A stretch of 63,960 nucleotides of DNA, filler included, from Octopus bimaculoides (Eukaryota): the NCBI RefSeq assembly GCF_001194135.2. It is 4 parts of 4 records of this genome, joined end to end, with 100 filler letters (N's around TTAATTAATTAA, not from the genome) between each part and the next. Parts side by side here need not be neighbours in the genome. Positions count along the whole stretch, not along the records: positions 49,973 to 63,960 come from NC_068984.1; 3 more parts are not named here. One strand, given 5' to 3'. Made by a program: the position numbers and the translations under genes. Under the pieces are notes generated by a model. It worked only from the letters and a program-made list of their open reading frames with translations, was not told the DNA's origin and did no database searches. This document shows positions 62,960 to 63,960 of this stretch, one piece after another (position 1 is the stretch's first letter; every line of letters starts with the position of its first letter).

Positions 62960-63640
62960 ATATCTATTAACAGACAAGTTCCTCTGTTGTAATCCTTGAT
63001 TATAATGTCTGATCGATTGGAGTCAATTTTACTGTCTGTTTGTATTGGGAAGTTCCAAAGGATGGTGACGCCCTTGCCATTTACTACATCCTCTGGATGG
63101 TGTCTGTACCACTTATCATAGGATTTAATTTTGTAGTATTTACAAGCATTCCAGTGGATGTACTGCCATAGTCTGTCATGTCTTATGAGGTACTCCTTTT
63201 CAGCAAAGATGGTGCAGCCAGAAACAACATGATCAACTGTCTGTGAATTTTCCGCAAATTCTGCACGAGGGGTCAGATCCATTTTTAAGGATGTTTGCAT
63301 GGTAGTTTCTGGTAGGTAAGCTCTGATCTTGCACTGCAATAACAAAACCTTCTGTTTCCCCTATCAGACCTGTCCCTTGTGGCCATTGGTATGTTAGATT
63401 TTGATCAATATCTGGCTTGGACAGGCAGTTAGGATATTTTCCATGCAGAAGTTTACCTTTCCAGTTGTCTTCGATATTATTCATGCAAGCCTTCTTTGCT
63501 TTTTGTTTGATGTTTTTTGCATCAGTGATAGGTTTGTCACTATTTGGATCTTGTTGGTCTTTCTGATTGTTAATTTCTAAATCAGGAGAGGCAATGGTAG
63601 GTCTGTCAGTATTTGGGTGTCTTTGGTCATTATTATTGGA
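62960..63640 (-). mobile_element. R4/Dong-like non-LTR retrotransposon fragment (CCHC knuckle + start of restriction-like endonuclease)
   Basis: Reads WKGKLLHGKY...ETEGFVIAVQDQSLPTRNY...CRICG..[frameshift]..TVDHVVSGC...YLIRHD...ILWNFPIQTD.KI.SNRSDIIIKD..TCLLID. Confidence 0.88.
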
Positions 63641-63648
63641 TGTTATTT

Positions 63649-63960
63649 TCACAACGATAATGCTCTTCTCAATACATGAGTCGTTCCAGTTAACACAATT
63701 TTTTGCACTTCCTGTAGGGATGGTAAGCCTGGTATCATTTTCAAATAGGTTTCAGTACCTTTTTTTATCATTCCTAGAGATCCTACAATCACTGGTACGG
63801 TAGTCGCCTTGAGGTGCCACATTTTTAAAATTTCTATTAGCAAATCTTTATATTTACTGATCTTGTCAAATTCTTTCGCCGCTATATTATGATCGCAGAG
63901 AATACTCATGTCAATTAATAAACACATCTTCTTTGTCTGATCTTTTATAATAATATCCAG
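63649..63960 (-). mobile_element. R4/Dong-like retrotransposon C-terminal endonuclease end (second, diverged copy)
   Basis: Reads DIIIKDQTKKMCLLIDMSILCDHNIAAKEFDKISKYKDLLIEI.KMW...TVPVIVGSLG...QKIVLTGTTHVLRRAL*. Confidence 0.88.

Noticed and set aside
1-63960. CRISPR arrays, rRNA or bona fide tRNA genes, prokaryotic operons
   Set aside because: None were seen. The tRNA-like A/B boxes all belong to SINE heads that continue into non-tRNA bodies.

Overview
AT-rich, gap-riddled eukaryotic genomic DNA. Its microsatellite load and SINE/MITE families look like those of an octopod cephalopod, probably Octopus (inference). Two spliced protein-coding genes could be reconstructed by hand, both on the minus strand. 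(1) TMX1, an ER thioredoxin-related transmembrane protein with a CPAC active site: 8 coding exons at 13829/13853 to 1944, with exon 4 partly lost in a gap. (2) A secreted protein with a signal peptide, a chitin-binding (CBM14-like) module and a laminin-G/ConA-like domain, resembling the molluscan Pif/BMSP family: 26499 to about 18878, with the 3' end uncertain. The rest is introns and intergenic DNA filled with three or four SINE families, hAT and TTAA-type MITEs, fragments of Tc1/mariner, hAT, RTE, Jockey/CR1-like and R4/Dong-like elements, a Helitron end, a probable solo LTR, and degenerate tandem arrays. The most notable oddities are: a ladder of 5' splice-site motifs spaced exactly 32 nt apart after TMX1 exon 5; nested inverted repeats bracketing the catalytic exon 2 of TMX1; an intact minimal hammerhead ribozyme core; and the Pif-like gene itself. 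Almost all long ORFs in the supplied track are microsatellite or N-gap artefacts. All coordinates were read by eye, and repeat boundaries are approximate.
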